From Clostridia bacterium (lineage in GTDB: Bacteria; CBDUZB01; JAGLHV01): DNA of 64,000 nt. This document shows, one piece after another, positions 19,352-29,338 of this stretch. A program made the position numbers and the translations under genes. The stretch covers positions 1 through 64,000 of the forward strand of contig DAOVVV010000005.1 of assembly GCA_030637025.1 (NCBI GenBank), given 5' to 3'. The notes beneath the pieces are model-generated. The model was not told the origin of the DNA. It did no database searches and saw only the letters and a list, made by a program, of their open reading frames with translations. The number at the start of each line of letters is the position of its first letter. The first letter of the stretch is position 1.

Positions 19352-20914
19352 ATGATGATACTAATTCAAAAATCCAAAAAATATATTTATGAAAAAAAAT
19401 ATTTATTTATTTTAAGTTTAATTTTAATTGTTAGTTTAATCCTTCGGTTATACAAAATAGGTTCTAAGAGTTTATGGTATGATGAAATTATAAGTATTGG
19501 TTTTGCCGTTAGTAATTTTTCTTTCATGTTCCTCAGGCCTAATACTCATCCTCCGTTTTATTCCGTGTCTTTGAAATTTTGGATGTTTATTTTCGGTTCC
19601 ACTGTTTTTTCGATGCGTTTTTTCTCAGCCCTTTGCAGTTTTTTATCTGTCTATATGGTTTTTAAAATTGCTAAAAAACTTTTTGATGTTAGAGTTGCTC
19701 TTTTAAGCGCTGCTTTTACAGGCCTTTCCGTATTTCATATTTTCTATGCTCAGGATGTTACGAATTACAGTCTTTTTCTTTTATTGAGTTTGGTGTCTAT
19801 TTATTTTTATCTTTTTTTTATTGAAAGTTTAAACCGGAAAATAATCTTTTTTTATGGGTTATCAACACTTTTATGTTTATATACTCATGTTTTTTGTTTT
19901 TCACTTATTATTTTACAGAATATTCATTTTTTATTACAAAGAAAAAAAAAATATTTTAAAATATGGTTTATTATTCAAAGTATATTTATTTGTTCTTTTT
20001 CAGGTTGGGTGTTTTTACAAAAACCATTTAGTGTAAGAGCTGTAAAACATATAAGTTGGATAACCCCATTAATAGTTAAAAAAAATTTTCTTAATATTTT
20101 CTCTACTTATAGTTTTGGCGGACAGCATTTGGGAGGGTATGATTTTGTTTTTCCTCTCCCCTGGTATGGAAAACTTTCTTTGCCTGTTTTTGTGGCGGTT
20201 ATAGGGTACTTTACCTTTTTTTTAAAGAAGATTAGTTTTATAAAGAAGGAAACTTACGCAGTTCGTTTTTTTCTTTTATGGTTAGGTGCCGGTATTTTAA
20301 TCCCCTGGGTCTTATCGTTACTTATTCGTCCTGTTTTTATTATTAGATATCTTATAGCTGTTTCCATTCCCTTTTATATTTTAGTTGCTTATGGGATAAA
20401 TAAAATTTCCGGATTATATAGAATATTGTGCTGTTTTTTGCTTATTTTTTCTACCTCTGTAGTTTTAAATTCTTATTATACCAATCAATTAAAAATGCCA
20501 TGGAAAGACGTGGTTGGTTATGTAGAAGAAACTAAAGAAAAGAATGATAATGTCGTCGTTATGATTAAAATGCAGGATATTATATATAGATATTATACCG
20601 GGGATAGAGATTTTTGGAAAAATGCAGTGGAAAAGACGGAGTCTGGAATAAAATTTATAAAATTAAATCAATATTTTTTCTTTAGCATAGATTTATTATG
20701 TGAGCTTCGCAAAATAGTTGATTCCGAATATTTTTCTACTAATTCTCTTTGGATAATTTGTTCACCGTGGGTTTCTGAAGAAGAAAAAATAAAAGAATAT
20801 TGTGAAGATTCAACAAGGGGTTTCCTTAAAAAAGAATTTGATCGAATAACAGTTTATAAGATTTATAAACGGAATATTGATAAAAAATTAAAAAGTATAT
20901 CTGATTTTGAATAA
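19352..20914 (+). CDS. GT-C (GT39/ArnT-like) membrane glycosyltransferase without TPR
   Basis: LRLY.IG.KSLWYDE, HPPFY, FHIFYAQD..NY, LYTH, RYLI; many TM segments. Confidence 0.82.
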   Translation: MMILIQKSKKYIYEKKYLFILSLILIVSLILRLYKIGSKSLWYDEIISIGFAVSNFSFMFLRPNTHPPFYSVSLKFWMFIFGSTVFSMRFFSALCSFLSVYMVFKIAKKLFDVRVALLSAAFTGLSVFHIFYAQDVTNYSLFLLLSLVSIYFYLFFIESLNRKIIFFYGLSTLLCLYTHVFCFSLIILQNIHFLLQRKKKYFKIWFIIQSIFICSFSGWVFLQKPFSVRAVKHISWITPLIVKKNFLNIFSTYSFGGQHLGGYDFVFPLPWYGKLSLPVFVAVIGYFTFFLKKISFIKKETYAVRFFLLWLGAGILIPWVLSLLIRPVFIIRYLIAVSIPFYILVAYGINKISGLYRILCCFLLIFSTSVVLNSYYTNQLKMPWKDVVGYVEETKEKNDNVVVMIKMQDIIYRYYTGDRDFWKNAVEKTESGIKFIKLNQYFFFSIDLLCELRKIVDSEYFSTNSLWIICSPWVSEEEKIKEYCEDSTRGFLKKEFDRITVYKIYKRNIDKKLKSISDFE

Positions 20915-20957
20915 AAGAATAGATGTTTGTTTAGTACAAAACTGAAAGGGGTAAAAA

Positions 20958-21992
20958 ATGAAGATTTTAATAACCGGAGGAGCGGGTTTGGTGGGAAGTC
21001 ATGTAGCTGAATATTATGCCCGAAAAGGGGAAGAAGTGTTAGTATTGGATAATTTATTACGTTCTAAACTTTTTCGTTTCGAGAAAGAAACCGTAGGATA
21101 TAATTGGAATTATTTGGCACAGTATGACAATATTAAACGGGTTAAAGGGGATATAAGGAATAAAGAAGATGTGTCCGGAGCAATCGGTTCTGGTGTAGAT
21201 GTAGTTATTCATACTGCTGCTCAACCCGGGGTGCCTTCTTCTATACATAATCCCCGGGAAGATTTTAGTATCAACGCTTTTGGAACATTCAATTTATTAG
21301 AATGCCTGAGAGAACAATGTCCAAAAGCAATCTTTATTTATTGTTCAACTAATAAGGTTTACGGTGAAAATGTAGATAAAGTTTTAATTGAAGAAAAAGA
21401 AACCCGTTATATTTTTAAAGATTGCAGGGGAATATCAGAAGAAATGTTTATAGACCGGACCAGCCATACCCCTTACGGAGCCAGTAAATATGTGGGGGAC
21501 CTTTATACCCAGGAATACGGATTTATTTATGGATTAAGGACGGCAGTTTTTCGGATGAGTTGTATTTATGGGGCCCGACAATTTGGTTTTGAAGATCAAG
21601 GATGGGTGGCCTGGTTTGTAATTGCCGGTTGCTTGAATAAACCGATAACTATTTACGGTAATGGCAAACAATTGAGAGATTTATTGTATGTGGAGGATTT
21701 GGTCGAAGCTTTTGATGCTTTTATTGAAAGTAATATACAACAAGTAGTTTTTAATATCGGGGGAGGAGAAGAAAATACTATTTCTCTTTTGGAGCTTTTA
21801 GATTTTTTAAAAAAAGAAATGGGTATAAAAAACCAGGTATGTTTTAATGATTGGCGACAGAGCGACCAAAGAGTTTATGTTTCCGATATTTCTAAGGTAA
21901 AAAAACAATTAGGTTGGCAGCCAAAGATTAATCTAAAGGATGGATTGAACAAATTAATTGAATGGGTATTGAAAAATAAAAAAATATTTTAA
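20958..21992 (+). CDS. NAD-dependent nucleotide-sugar epimerase, CDP-paratose 2-epimerase (RfbE/Tyv)-like
   Basis: ITGGAGLVG, STNKVYG, TPYGASK, FRMSCIYG.RQFG.EDQGWVAWF, WRQSDQ. Confidence 0.88.
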   Translation: MKILITGGAGLVGSHVAEYYARKGEEVLVLDNLLRSKLFRFEKETVGYNWNYLAQYDNIKRVKGDIRNKEDVSGAIGSGVDVVIHTAAQPGVPSSIHNPREDFSINAFGTFNLLECLREQCPKAIFIYCSTNKVYGENVDKVLIEEKETRYIFKDCRGISEEMFIDRTSHTPYGASKYVGDLYTQEYGFIYGLRTAVFRMSCIYGARQFGFEDQGWVAWFVIAGCLNKPITIYGNGKQLRDLLYVEDLVEAFDAFIESNIQQVVFNIGGGEENTISLLELLDFLKKEMGIKNQVCFNDWRQSDQRVYVSDISKVKKQLGWQPKINLKDGLNKLIEWVLKNKKIF

Positions 21993-22042
21993 TAAATACA
22001 ATTTGTTTATAATCTAACGGAAAGAAGATAAAGGCATGTATA

Positions 22043-22756
22043 ATGGGTAAAATATTAACAGGTTTATCTATAATTATCCCTGTTCATAATGAAGAGGGTA
22101 TTATTGAAAAGACAATATGTGATTTAGAAAAAAAACTAAAAATAAGGCACGAAATAATAGTAGTTAATGACCGGTCTATAGATAAGACTGAAGAGATTGT
22201 AAAAAAAATTGCCAGGCAATATGAAAATATTAGATTAATATCTAATAAAAGGATACCGGGGTTTACCAGTGTTTTAAAGCTGGGATTTGAAAATGCAGCC
22301 TATAATGTCGTTGTGCCGGTAATGGCTGATTTTTGTGATGACATTTTAACTATAGAGAAAATGGCGGGAAAGATTGAACAGGGTTATGATATCGTTTGTG
22401 CTTCAAGATATATGAAGGGGGGAGTAAAAACAGGCGGCCCATTGTTAAAATCTTTTTTTTCCCGTTTAGTTTGTTTAAGTATGTGTTGGCTGATAAAATG
22501 TCCTACCCATGATATAACTAATGCCTTTAAAATGTATCGAAAGGAAATTTTGAAAAACATTAATATTGAAAGTGCCGGGTTTGCTGTTTCAATGCAAATT
22601 ACTTTAAAAGCGTTTTTTGCGGGTTATCGTATTACTGAATTGCCAACTACCTGGAAAGGCAGAGTTGTCGGCCAATCTGATTTTGGATTTGTTAAAGAAT
22701 TAAAGAATTATGCCGGATGGTATATTTGGGCAGTCGTAAGGTCGTTAAATCGTTAA
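22043..22756 (+). CDS. GT2, dolichol/polyprenol-phosphate glycosyltransferase (DPM1-like)
   Basis: IIIPVHNEE, VNDRSID, MADFCDD, ASRYMKGG, DITNAFK. Confidence 0.85.
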   Translation: MGKILTGLSIIIPVHNEEGIIEKTICDLEKKLKIRHEIIVVNDRSIDKTEEIVKKIARQYENIRLISNKRIPGFTSVLKLGFENAAYNVVVPVMADFCDDILTIEKMAGKIEQGYDIVCASRYMKGGVKTGGPLLKSFFSRLVCLSMCWLIKCPTHDITNAFKMYRKEILKNINIESAGFAVSMQITLKAFFAGYRITELPTTWKGRVVGQSDFGFVKELKNYAGWYIWAVVRSLNR

Positions 22757-22811
22757 AAAACAGAAGAATATTTTTACTCATAGATTTTATAAATGTATTG
22801 GTTAATAAAAA

Positions 22812-24998
22812 ATGAAAAATAAATATGTATTATTAATTTGTGGTGTTTATGTCCTGCTGGCGGTATTTTTGTTGAATCCCCAACTTCCTCATAGTGATGA
22901 CGGTGATGATTTTTTATTGTTATCCCAATCTATAGCTGACGGACAAGGGTATAAGGACCTTTATTGTCCTTCTCAACCCCCGCACACTACTTTTCCCTTT
23001 CTTTACCCCTTGTTTTTGGCTCTAATCAGGATTTTTTTTTCCGGAAATATTTTTGTTTTAAAATCTTTTTCCGTTGTTTTAGGATGTGCTTCGTTAATCT
23101 TTATTTTTTTTCTTTTTGAAAAAAAACTTAAGAATTCCCAATTAATGCTTCTTTTATTTTTAGTGGCTACTAATCCGGGATTTTTGAGTTTTTCCACAGG
23201 GCTTAATAGTGATATGCCCTATCTTTTTTTTTCCGTGCTATTACTGTTTGTTTTGCAAAAGTATAAGGATAAAGAAGAGGGTTTGCTTCTCATTATTTTT
23301 TTGGCTGTTGTAACTTTTTTTATTAGATGGATCGGACTCTCTTTAATATTGACCGTTTTTATTTATTTTTTTGTTAATAAACAATATAAAAAGGCATTTG
23401 TATTGATTGGTTCTTGTTTCCTTTTTATTCTTCCCTGGATAATTAGGAATCATATTCTTTCTGTTCATTCGACTGCTTCCAAACCTTATTTATGGCAATT
23501 CATTGCTGGATATCAGGGGAATATTTTTTTTATGGTAAAAACAGTGTTAAACAATGCTGCTCATTACTATGAAGAGTTTGCAAAAGTAATTATTCCCGGG
23601 TTTTTTTTATATCAGGGTAATTCTAGATTTTTCCTTCCCCAATTTTATGGTATATTACACAGTTTGGTGAATTGCTCCGGCATTTTTATTTTCTCTTTTC
23701 CTCCTTTAATATCTAAGTTTGTGCAAATGTTTTTTGCTATTATGGTTTTGGTTGGCTTTTTTAAACAGTTTAAGAAAAATCCCAAAGGGATAATTCATTT
23801 ATACGTTATTATTTATATGGTGGTAATTGTAATTCTTCCAAAGGATTTTCAACAAGGATGTTCTACCCGATATGTTTTTTCTCTATTGCCTTTTATTACA
23901 TATTATGCAATTAAAGGGTTTTATTTGTTGTTAGGACATATTCTTTTTTTTAAGCGGGCAGGGATATTTTTAATTGTCAGCGTTTCTGTTTTTTTTAATG
24001 TAATACCCGTTGTTGAGATTTTGCAAAACAATGTTGCTTATTTATTAAATCATAAGCATCTTTCCCTAAAAGAAAAAAAAGATTATTATAATCCCTGGTT
24101 AATACAATATTTTTCTACTGCTTTGTGGTTAAAAGAAAACACCTCTTTCGATGAACTGATTATCAGCAATATCGTTCCGGCTTTTTATATTTACAGCCAA
24201 AAAAAAGGATTTTTTTTCGATAAGAATATTTTTTGTCCCCGGCAGAAAACATTGAAACAAATGAAAGCCATTTTCGAAAAAAAGAATACGGATTATTTAA
24301 TTATTTATGATGTAGAAGAAAAGATTAATTTATTAAGAAGATTAGATAGGGAATGTAAAGGGATGGTATTCGTTCCCTTAGTAGTTATGTTTGAACAGGG
24401 ACAACATCCGGCAACAATTTATAAGCTTGAGTGCGTTGAACCAAAAATTAAATCTTTTTTTACTAAGGCTATAAGTGCTATGATAAAAGATAATTACGAT
24501 GAAGCAATTATGATTTGGGAAAAGGCTATTCTTATTGATCCTGAAATATTTTTCATTTATTATTATTTAGGGCAATGCTATGAAAAGAAAGGGTTAATTA
24601 AAAAAGCTCAAAAATTGTATGAAAAAGCAGTTGAACAGCAACCAAATTATGAGATATCTAATAATAGATTGAAGATTATAGAGCAGGAAGAAATAACAAG
24701 AAATGCGACTTACAAAGGGTATGAATATCAAAAATTAGGTGAACTTTATTTGAATAATTATAATTCTTCTAAGGCAATTGATTCGTTTAAAACAGCGCTT
24801 AATTTGAATCCCGGCTTAGTTGATTGCTATTACCATTTAGGGCGAGCGTATGTTTATAAAGAGAAATATGGGTTAGCAATGTTATATTTTAAAAAAGCAA
24901 AGCGGATAAATCCCAGGTTAAAGGATAAAATAAAGCATCAAATTAAGATTAATAAGAGAAGGAGAATAATTTGTCAGGAAGGGGAAGAAGATGATTAA
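22812..24998 (+). CDS. GT-C membrane glycosyltransferase + TPR (family A)
   Basis: DGDDFLLLSQSIADGQGYKDLY..P.HTTFPFLYPLFLA; TPRs with QQPNYEISNNR. Confidence 0.8.
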   Translation: MKNKYVLLICGVYVLLAVFLLNPQLPHSDDGDDFLLLSQSIADGQGYKDLYCPSQPPHTTFPFLYPLFLALIRIFFSGNIFVLKSFSVVLGCASLIFIFFLFEKKLKNSQLMLLLFLVATNPGFLSFSTGLNSDMPYLFFSVLLLFVLQKYKDKEEGLLLIIFLAVVTFFIRWIGLSLILTVFIYFFVNKQYKKAFVLIGSCFLFILPWIIRNHILSVHSTASKPYLWQFIAGYQGNIFFMVKTVLNNAAHYYEEFAKVIIPGFFLYQGNSRFFLPQFYGILHSLVNCSGIFIFSFPPLISKFVQMFFAIMVLVGFFKQFKKNPKGIIHLYVIIYMVVIVILPKDFQQGCSTRYVFSLLPFITYYAIKGFYLLLGHILFFKRAGIFLIVSVSVFFNVIPVVEILQNNVAYLLNHKHLSLKEKKDYYNPWLIQYFSTALWLKENTSFDELIISNIVPAFYIYSQKKGFFFDKNIFCPRQKTLKQMKAIFEKKNTDYLIIYDVEEKINLLRRLDRECKGMVFVPLVVMFEQGQHPATIYKLECVEPKIKSFFTKAISAMIKDNYDEAIMIWEKAILIDPEIFFIYYYLGQCYEKKGLIKKAQKLYEKAVEQQPNYEISNNRLKIIEQEEITRNATYKGYEYQKLGELYLNNYNSSKAIDSFKTALNLNPGLVDCYYHLGRAYVYKEKYGLAMLYFKKAKRINPRLKDKIKHQIKINKRRRIICQEGEEDD

Positions 24999-27198
24999 GA
25001 AAGGGAGAATATATTTATTCCTAATTCTCTTGTTTTATTTGATTTGTTCTTTTTTATTGATTAGTCCTGATTTTCCAATAGGCGGTGATAATGATGAATT
25101 ATATTTATTGGGACGTTCAATTGCCAATAAACATTGTTATCAGGATATTTATTACCATTCTTGTCCTCCTCATGCAAAACAGCCGTTTTTATATCCTTTG
25201 ATTTTAGCTTTGGGGCAATTACTTTTTGGAGAAAATGTAATATTTTTAAGACTGATTTCTGTTTTTTTTGGGCTGGGTTCTTTGATTTTTATTTATTTTT
25301 TCTTCAAGAAAAAAATAATATTTTCTCATTTATTGTTTATTTTATTTTTTACGGCAACCAATCCGTGGTTTTTAGTCTCTTCTGTAAGCTTTGCTAATGA
25401 AATCGTTTATCTGTTTTTCTCTTTTCTCGTGCTGGTTATTTTTGAAAAACATGAAGATCAAAAGAAATTTTTACCTATGCTTATTTTCTTTTTAATTAGC
25501 ATTTTTTTTACTAAGTGCATTGGTTTTTCCTTAGTGACGGCTGTTTTCTTTTATTTTATCATTAAAAAGAGATACAAACAGGCATTTTTGATAATGGGTT
25601 TGTGGAGTTGTTTCGTTCTGCCATGGATCGTTAGAAATATGGTAGTTTCTTCATCTGCAATATCAAAGTCCTATATGCAGCAATTTAGCATGGGATTAAG
25701 CAATAATGGTTATGCCCATGTAATGATTTCTATGGGGAAAAGGATATTTAGTCACATCTTTTTTTATTGGCAAGCGGTTCCCAAACTAATTTTTCCAGGA
25801 TATTTTTCGGGAGTAGCGGAATTTGGTTTTATTAAACAAAGATGTTTTCCTATGGCGTACAGCTTAATGAATAATACCGGTTTATTTCTTGCTCCAGCGC
25901 CTTATCCTTTTTTCTCTTTCCTGATTTCTGTCGTTTTGGGGGCTATTCTGATAATAGGTATGTTGTTTAAAATTAACAAAAAAAGTAATAGGTTGTTCTC
26001 TTTATATATTTTTTTATATTTAGCAATACTTTTAGTTTTCCCGGAAGGATATGAAGATGTCCGGTATCTTTTTCCTTTAGTCCCTTTTATTTTGTATTAT
26101 ATGATTAATGGTGTATTGTTTTTTGTTTCCGGTAAGGGAAGATTTTTCAAGCTGGCAGGGATAATCTTAATTATATTGGTTCATTTTTACTATAATTTAA
26201 TACCAATCACTGAAATAATTTATAATAATATTGCCTATTTAGCCAACTATAGAAATCTTTCCTGGGAGGAAAAAGCAGATTACAACGATTTTTGGAAGGG
26301 GCAATGCTTTATAGCTGCTCCGTGGGTTGAAAAAAATATTCCTTTTAATGAGGTAATCGTTTCTGCCTGGCCACCGGCTTTTTATCTTTACAGTAAGAGG
26401 CAGGGGGATTTTTTTGAATATATTCCTTGTTGGCCGGACCGGAGGACCCCGGAAGAAATAAAGTTTGCCATTGAGGAGGGGAATGCCGCTTATTTTGTTA
26501 TTAGAACGCAAAAAGAAGAGAAATTACTACAAAAATTAGATGCGGAATGCAGCAATCTTATATTTGTTCCTTTGGTAATTATGTTCAAACCGGATGCCGT
26601 TTTTACTAAAAATATAGACAGGGTTTATAAGATCGCGAGGGTTTCATCCCGGATAAAAGTTTTTTTTAAAAAAGGAATACATTATTTTGAAGAGAACAAT
26701 TATAGTAAGGCAATTTTAGAATACAAAGAAACAATAAAGGTTAATCCTGATTTTTTTGATAGTTATTATCGGATGGGGCTTTGTTATGAAAAAGAAGGAT
26801 TGTTTAAGGATGCTTGTAGATTATATGAAAAAGCGATAGAGTTACAGCCTAATTATGAAATGGCAAAAAACCGGTTAAATTTTCTTTATCAAAAGGAACT
26901 AATAAAAAACAACTCAAATGATGCAAAGGAATATTTATTATTTGGAAATATTTGTTTAAAAAATTATGATTTTGTTAATGCGGTTAATGGTTTTAAAAAG
27001 GCAATAGAAATTAATCCTGATTTGCCGGAGGTTTATTATAAGTTAGGGATTGTTTATACTTACGAACAAAAATTTGGTTTGGCAATATTATATTTTAAAA
27101 AAGCGATGGAGATAAATTCTTGTTGGGCAAATAAAGCAAAGCACCAAATCAAAGTTAACCGGAGGCGAAGGATAATTGAGCAATATCTTAAAAGTTAA
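24991..27198 (+). CDS. GT-C membrane glycosyltransferase + TPR (family A)
   Basis: DNDELYLLGRSIA..YQDIYY..PPH..QPFLYPLILA, RYLFPLVPF; TPRs with LQPNYEMAKNR; 8-nt overlap with the previous paralog. Confidence 0.8.
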   Translation: MIKKGRIYLFLILLFYLICSFLLISPDFPIGGDNDELYLLGRSIANKHCYQDIYYHSCPPHAKQPFLYPLILALGQLLFGENVIFLRLISVFFGLGSLIFIYFFFKKKIIFSHLLFILFFTATNPWFLVSSVSFANEIVYLFFSFLVLVIFEKHEDQKKFLPMLIFFLISIFFTKCIGFSLVTAVFFYFIIKKRYKQAFLIMGLWSCFVLPWIVRNMVVSSSAISKSYMQQFSMGLSNNGYAHVMISMGKRIFSHIFFYWQAVPKLIFPGYFSGVAEFGFIKQRCFPMAYSLMNNTGLFLAPAPYPFFSFLISVVLGAILIIGMLFKINKKSNRLFSLYIFLYLAILLVFPEGYEDVRYLFPLVPFILYYMINGVLFFVSGKGRFFKLAGIILIILVHFYYNLIPITEIIYNNIAYLANYRNLSWEEKADYNDFWKGQCFIAAPWVEKNIPFNEVIVSAWPPAFYLYSKRQGDFFEYIPCWPDRRTPEEIKFAIEEGNAAYFVIRTQKEEKLLQKLDAECSNLIFVPLVIMFKPDAVFTKNIDRVYKIARVSSRIKVFFKKGIHYFEENNYSKAILEYKETIKVNPDFFDSYYRMGLCYEKEGLFKDACRLYEKAIELQPNYEMAKNRLNFLYQKELIKNNSNDAKEYLLFGNICLKNYDFVNAVNGFKKAIEINPDLPEVYYKLGIVYTYEQKFGLAILYFKKAMEINSCWANKAKHQIKVNRRRRIIEQYLKS

Positions 27199-27208
27199 CG
27201 AAAAAATG

Positions 27209-27217
27209 TGTTATAAT
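27209..27217 (+). promoter_or_regulatory. Possible extended -10 promoter element (TGnTATAAT)
   Basis: TGTTATAAT at the start of a 300-bp intergenic gap; weak evidence in AT-rich DNA. Confidence 0.25.
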
Positions 27218-27269
27218 GAAAATTAAGGATTTTATGTAAAGATATATAATAAAATTATCTTTAAACAAA

Positions 27270-27458
27270 TAGCCTTCTGTAAAATACAATATTTTGTCAT
27301 TCCGCTCCGCCTCATCCGCCTTAGGCGGAGGACGATGCGGAATCTATGATGTTTTTAAATATCAATAGATTCCTGCTTTCGCAGGAATGACCCTTCTTAT
27401 CCGCCTCAGGCGGAGCGGGCAGGCAAAAAAGGTAAAAAGGCTATTTTGCAGAAATCTA
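27270..27458. mobile_element. MITE-like element, family A copy 1, with nested palindromes
   Basis: Imperfect terminal inverted repeats TAGCCTTCTGTAAAATA / TATTTTGCAGAAATCTA (14/17). Exact flanking direct repeat TTTAAACAAA at 27260-27269 and 27459-27468. Internal GTCATTCCGC..GCGGAATCTA..TAGATTCCTGCTTTCGCAGGAATGAC and two TCCGCCTYAGGCGGA units. Confidence 0.8.
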
Positions 27459-27500
27459 TTTAAACAAAAATAAACAGACTAAAATAAAGAGTATATTATT

Positions 27501-29261
27501 ATGCATTACTTTATAAAAAAATATAAAAAATTGTTTTTATTTTCAAGCTATCTTATATTAGGGGTATATACTTATACGCTTCAGGGGAAGCAATATATAA
27601 ACAGCCGAATTAGTCATACTGAGATTTTAATCCCCTCAAAAGTAGGCAGTGAAAATGGATGTTATGCTTATAATTTAAAATATCCCTGTATTCCGGATGG
27701 AGAAAACCCGTCTAATTTAGTTTTGCATGAGAACGGAATTGAACTCGGTCCGGCGCATAGTGCACATAGTCAAATAAGAAAAAAAGGGAAAGGGAGGTTT
27801 TCTCACTGGAAGTCCGATTTATTGTATTTCTCAAGTTCGGATAATTCAGATCCCCGAAACAATGGGAGAAAGTATAAAGTGGTTACTACTCATAATATAG
27901 TTTTTTCCGAAGAGATTATTACTGTTAACTTTCATCAATATCAAATAAGTGTGCAGGGGAAGAAAGAACCGTTTACTCGTTATATAAAGATAGAAAACAT
28001 AGGGGAAAGTGAGATTATAAATCCTAAAGTTATTTCGGACAATGTATTGGATATGTCTTCTGTCCAGTCGATTTTAAATGGAGTCATTACGGATTCTATG
28101 AGTGATAAAGAAAAAGCAATTAAGCTTTGGGAATTTGTAAAAGACAATCGTTATAACTGGTATTCCCCTGAAAGAAAAAATAATCTTGCCGATCCGGTTA
28201 AATATTTTAATGTATATGGATATGAATTTTGTAGCATTTCAGCTTATAGTTTAGAAGCCTTGTGGGAAGGAGCAGGATTAAAAGGACGTTGTTGGGGGTT
28301 GGGCTCCGAGCATGTGGTTGCGGAAGTTTTTTATGATAATAAATGGCATATGTTTGATCCGCACTATGAGATTTTTTATTTTTGCCGGGATAATAAAACA
28401 ATTGCCAGTGTGGAGAATTTGGAAAATAATCCTGCTTTAATTATACAATCGGATAGAAAACCTTTTGGTTGTAAAATACGTTGGCTGGCAAAATTATATA
28501 AAAATAAGAAAAGAAAATTGAATAGTGAGATAGAAGGCGGTGATTATGTATCTAAACATACAATGAATATCGTTTTAAGGCCCGGTGAATTTTTGATTAG
28601 AAACTGGGAAATAGGTGCTAAGTATCATGATAATTGTTATCATAAAGAGCCGCCGGTTTATGCTAACGGTAAAATTGTTTATACCCCTGATTTAACCAAA
28701 ATTAATTGTCTTGAGGGTCTACATAAAATGGTAAATATAAAATTAGGTGAGGGAGGGAAAGGGGATTTTGGTATATATATCGATAAACCCGGGGAAAGAT
28801 CCTATATTATTTATAAAGTTGAGAGTCCATATGTAATTGTAGGAGGGAAAGTAGGGGGGGGATTTGTTGGTGGTGGAAAAATGTATATCTCTTTTGATGA
28901 AGAAGATTGGACAAAGATATGGGAAAAAGAAGAAGCAAAGGATATTGAGCATTATGAAGAAATAGATTTAATTGTGAATAATCCGACTGGCGGCAGGTAT
29001 AGAACAGCTGATTGGAATCCGGAATTTAACGCAAAATATTTTTATTTTATTAAGTATGAGTTTATTAATGATTCAGGCGGAAAATCAGGATTAAATAAGG
29101 TGATGCTCAGTACCGATATACAGGTTGCTCCTAAATCTCTTCCTGCCCTTGATTCTGGGCTGAATAATATATGTTTTTCAAGAGCTGATAACGGAGAAAA
29201 GAGGAGCTTAACGGGTAATTCTCCGATAGTTAAGATTATTTATGCCTGGGAAGAAAATTAG
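27501..29261 (+). CDS. Exported transglutaminase-like (Cys-His-Asp) protein, copy 1
   Basis: N-terminal hydrophobic segment; KAIKLWEFV, YGYEFCS, EHVVAEVFYDNKWHMFDP; N-terminal module LGPAH..H..IR..GKGRFSHW..LYFSSSDNSDP..NGRKY. Confidence 0.75.
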   Translation: MHYFIKKYKKLFLFSSYLILGVYTYTLQGKQYINSRISHTEILIPSKVGSENGCYAYNLKYPCIPDGENPSNLVLHENGIELGPAHSAHSQIRKKGKGRFSHWKSDLLYFSSSDNSDPRNNGRKYKVVTTHNIVFSEEIITVNFHQYQISVQGKKEPFTRYIKIENIGESEIINPKVISDNVLDMSSVQSILNGVITDSMSDKEKAIKLWEFVKDNRYNWYSPERKNNLADPVKYFNVYGYEFCSISAYSLEALWEGAGLKGRCWGLGSEHVVAEVFYDNKWHMFDPHYEIFYFCRDNKTIASVENLENNPALIIQSDRKPFGCKIRWLAKLYKNKKRKLNSEIEGGDYVSKHTMNIVLRPGEFLIRNWEIGAKYHDNCYHKEPPVYANGKIVYTPDLTKINCLEGLHKMVNIKLGEGGKGDFGIYIDKPGERSYIIYKVESPYVIVGGKVGGGFVGGGKMYISFDEEDWTKIWEKEEAKDIEHYEEIDLIVNNPTGGRYRTADWNPEFNAKYFYFIKYEFINDSGGKSGLNKVMLSTDIQVAPKSLPALDSGLNNICFSRADNGEKRSLTGNSPIVKIIYAWEEN

Positions 29262-29338
29262 TATTTTAAAAAAGAGATAAAAGTGTTTTTCTGTAAATTG
29301 ATTTATCATATCAAAACTGTTTTTAGAAAGAAGAACTT

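Noticed and set aside
28854-28861. G8 tract (and several A9-A10 runs) as phase-variation sites
   Set aside because: The frames are intact, the tract encodes Gly-Gly-Gly, and A runs are expected at this composition; there is no evidence of slippage without reads.
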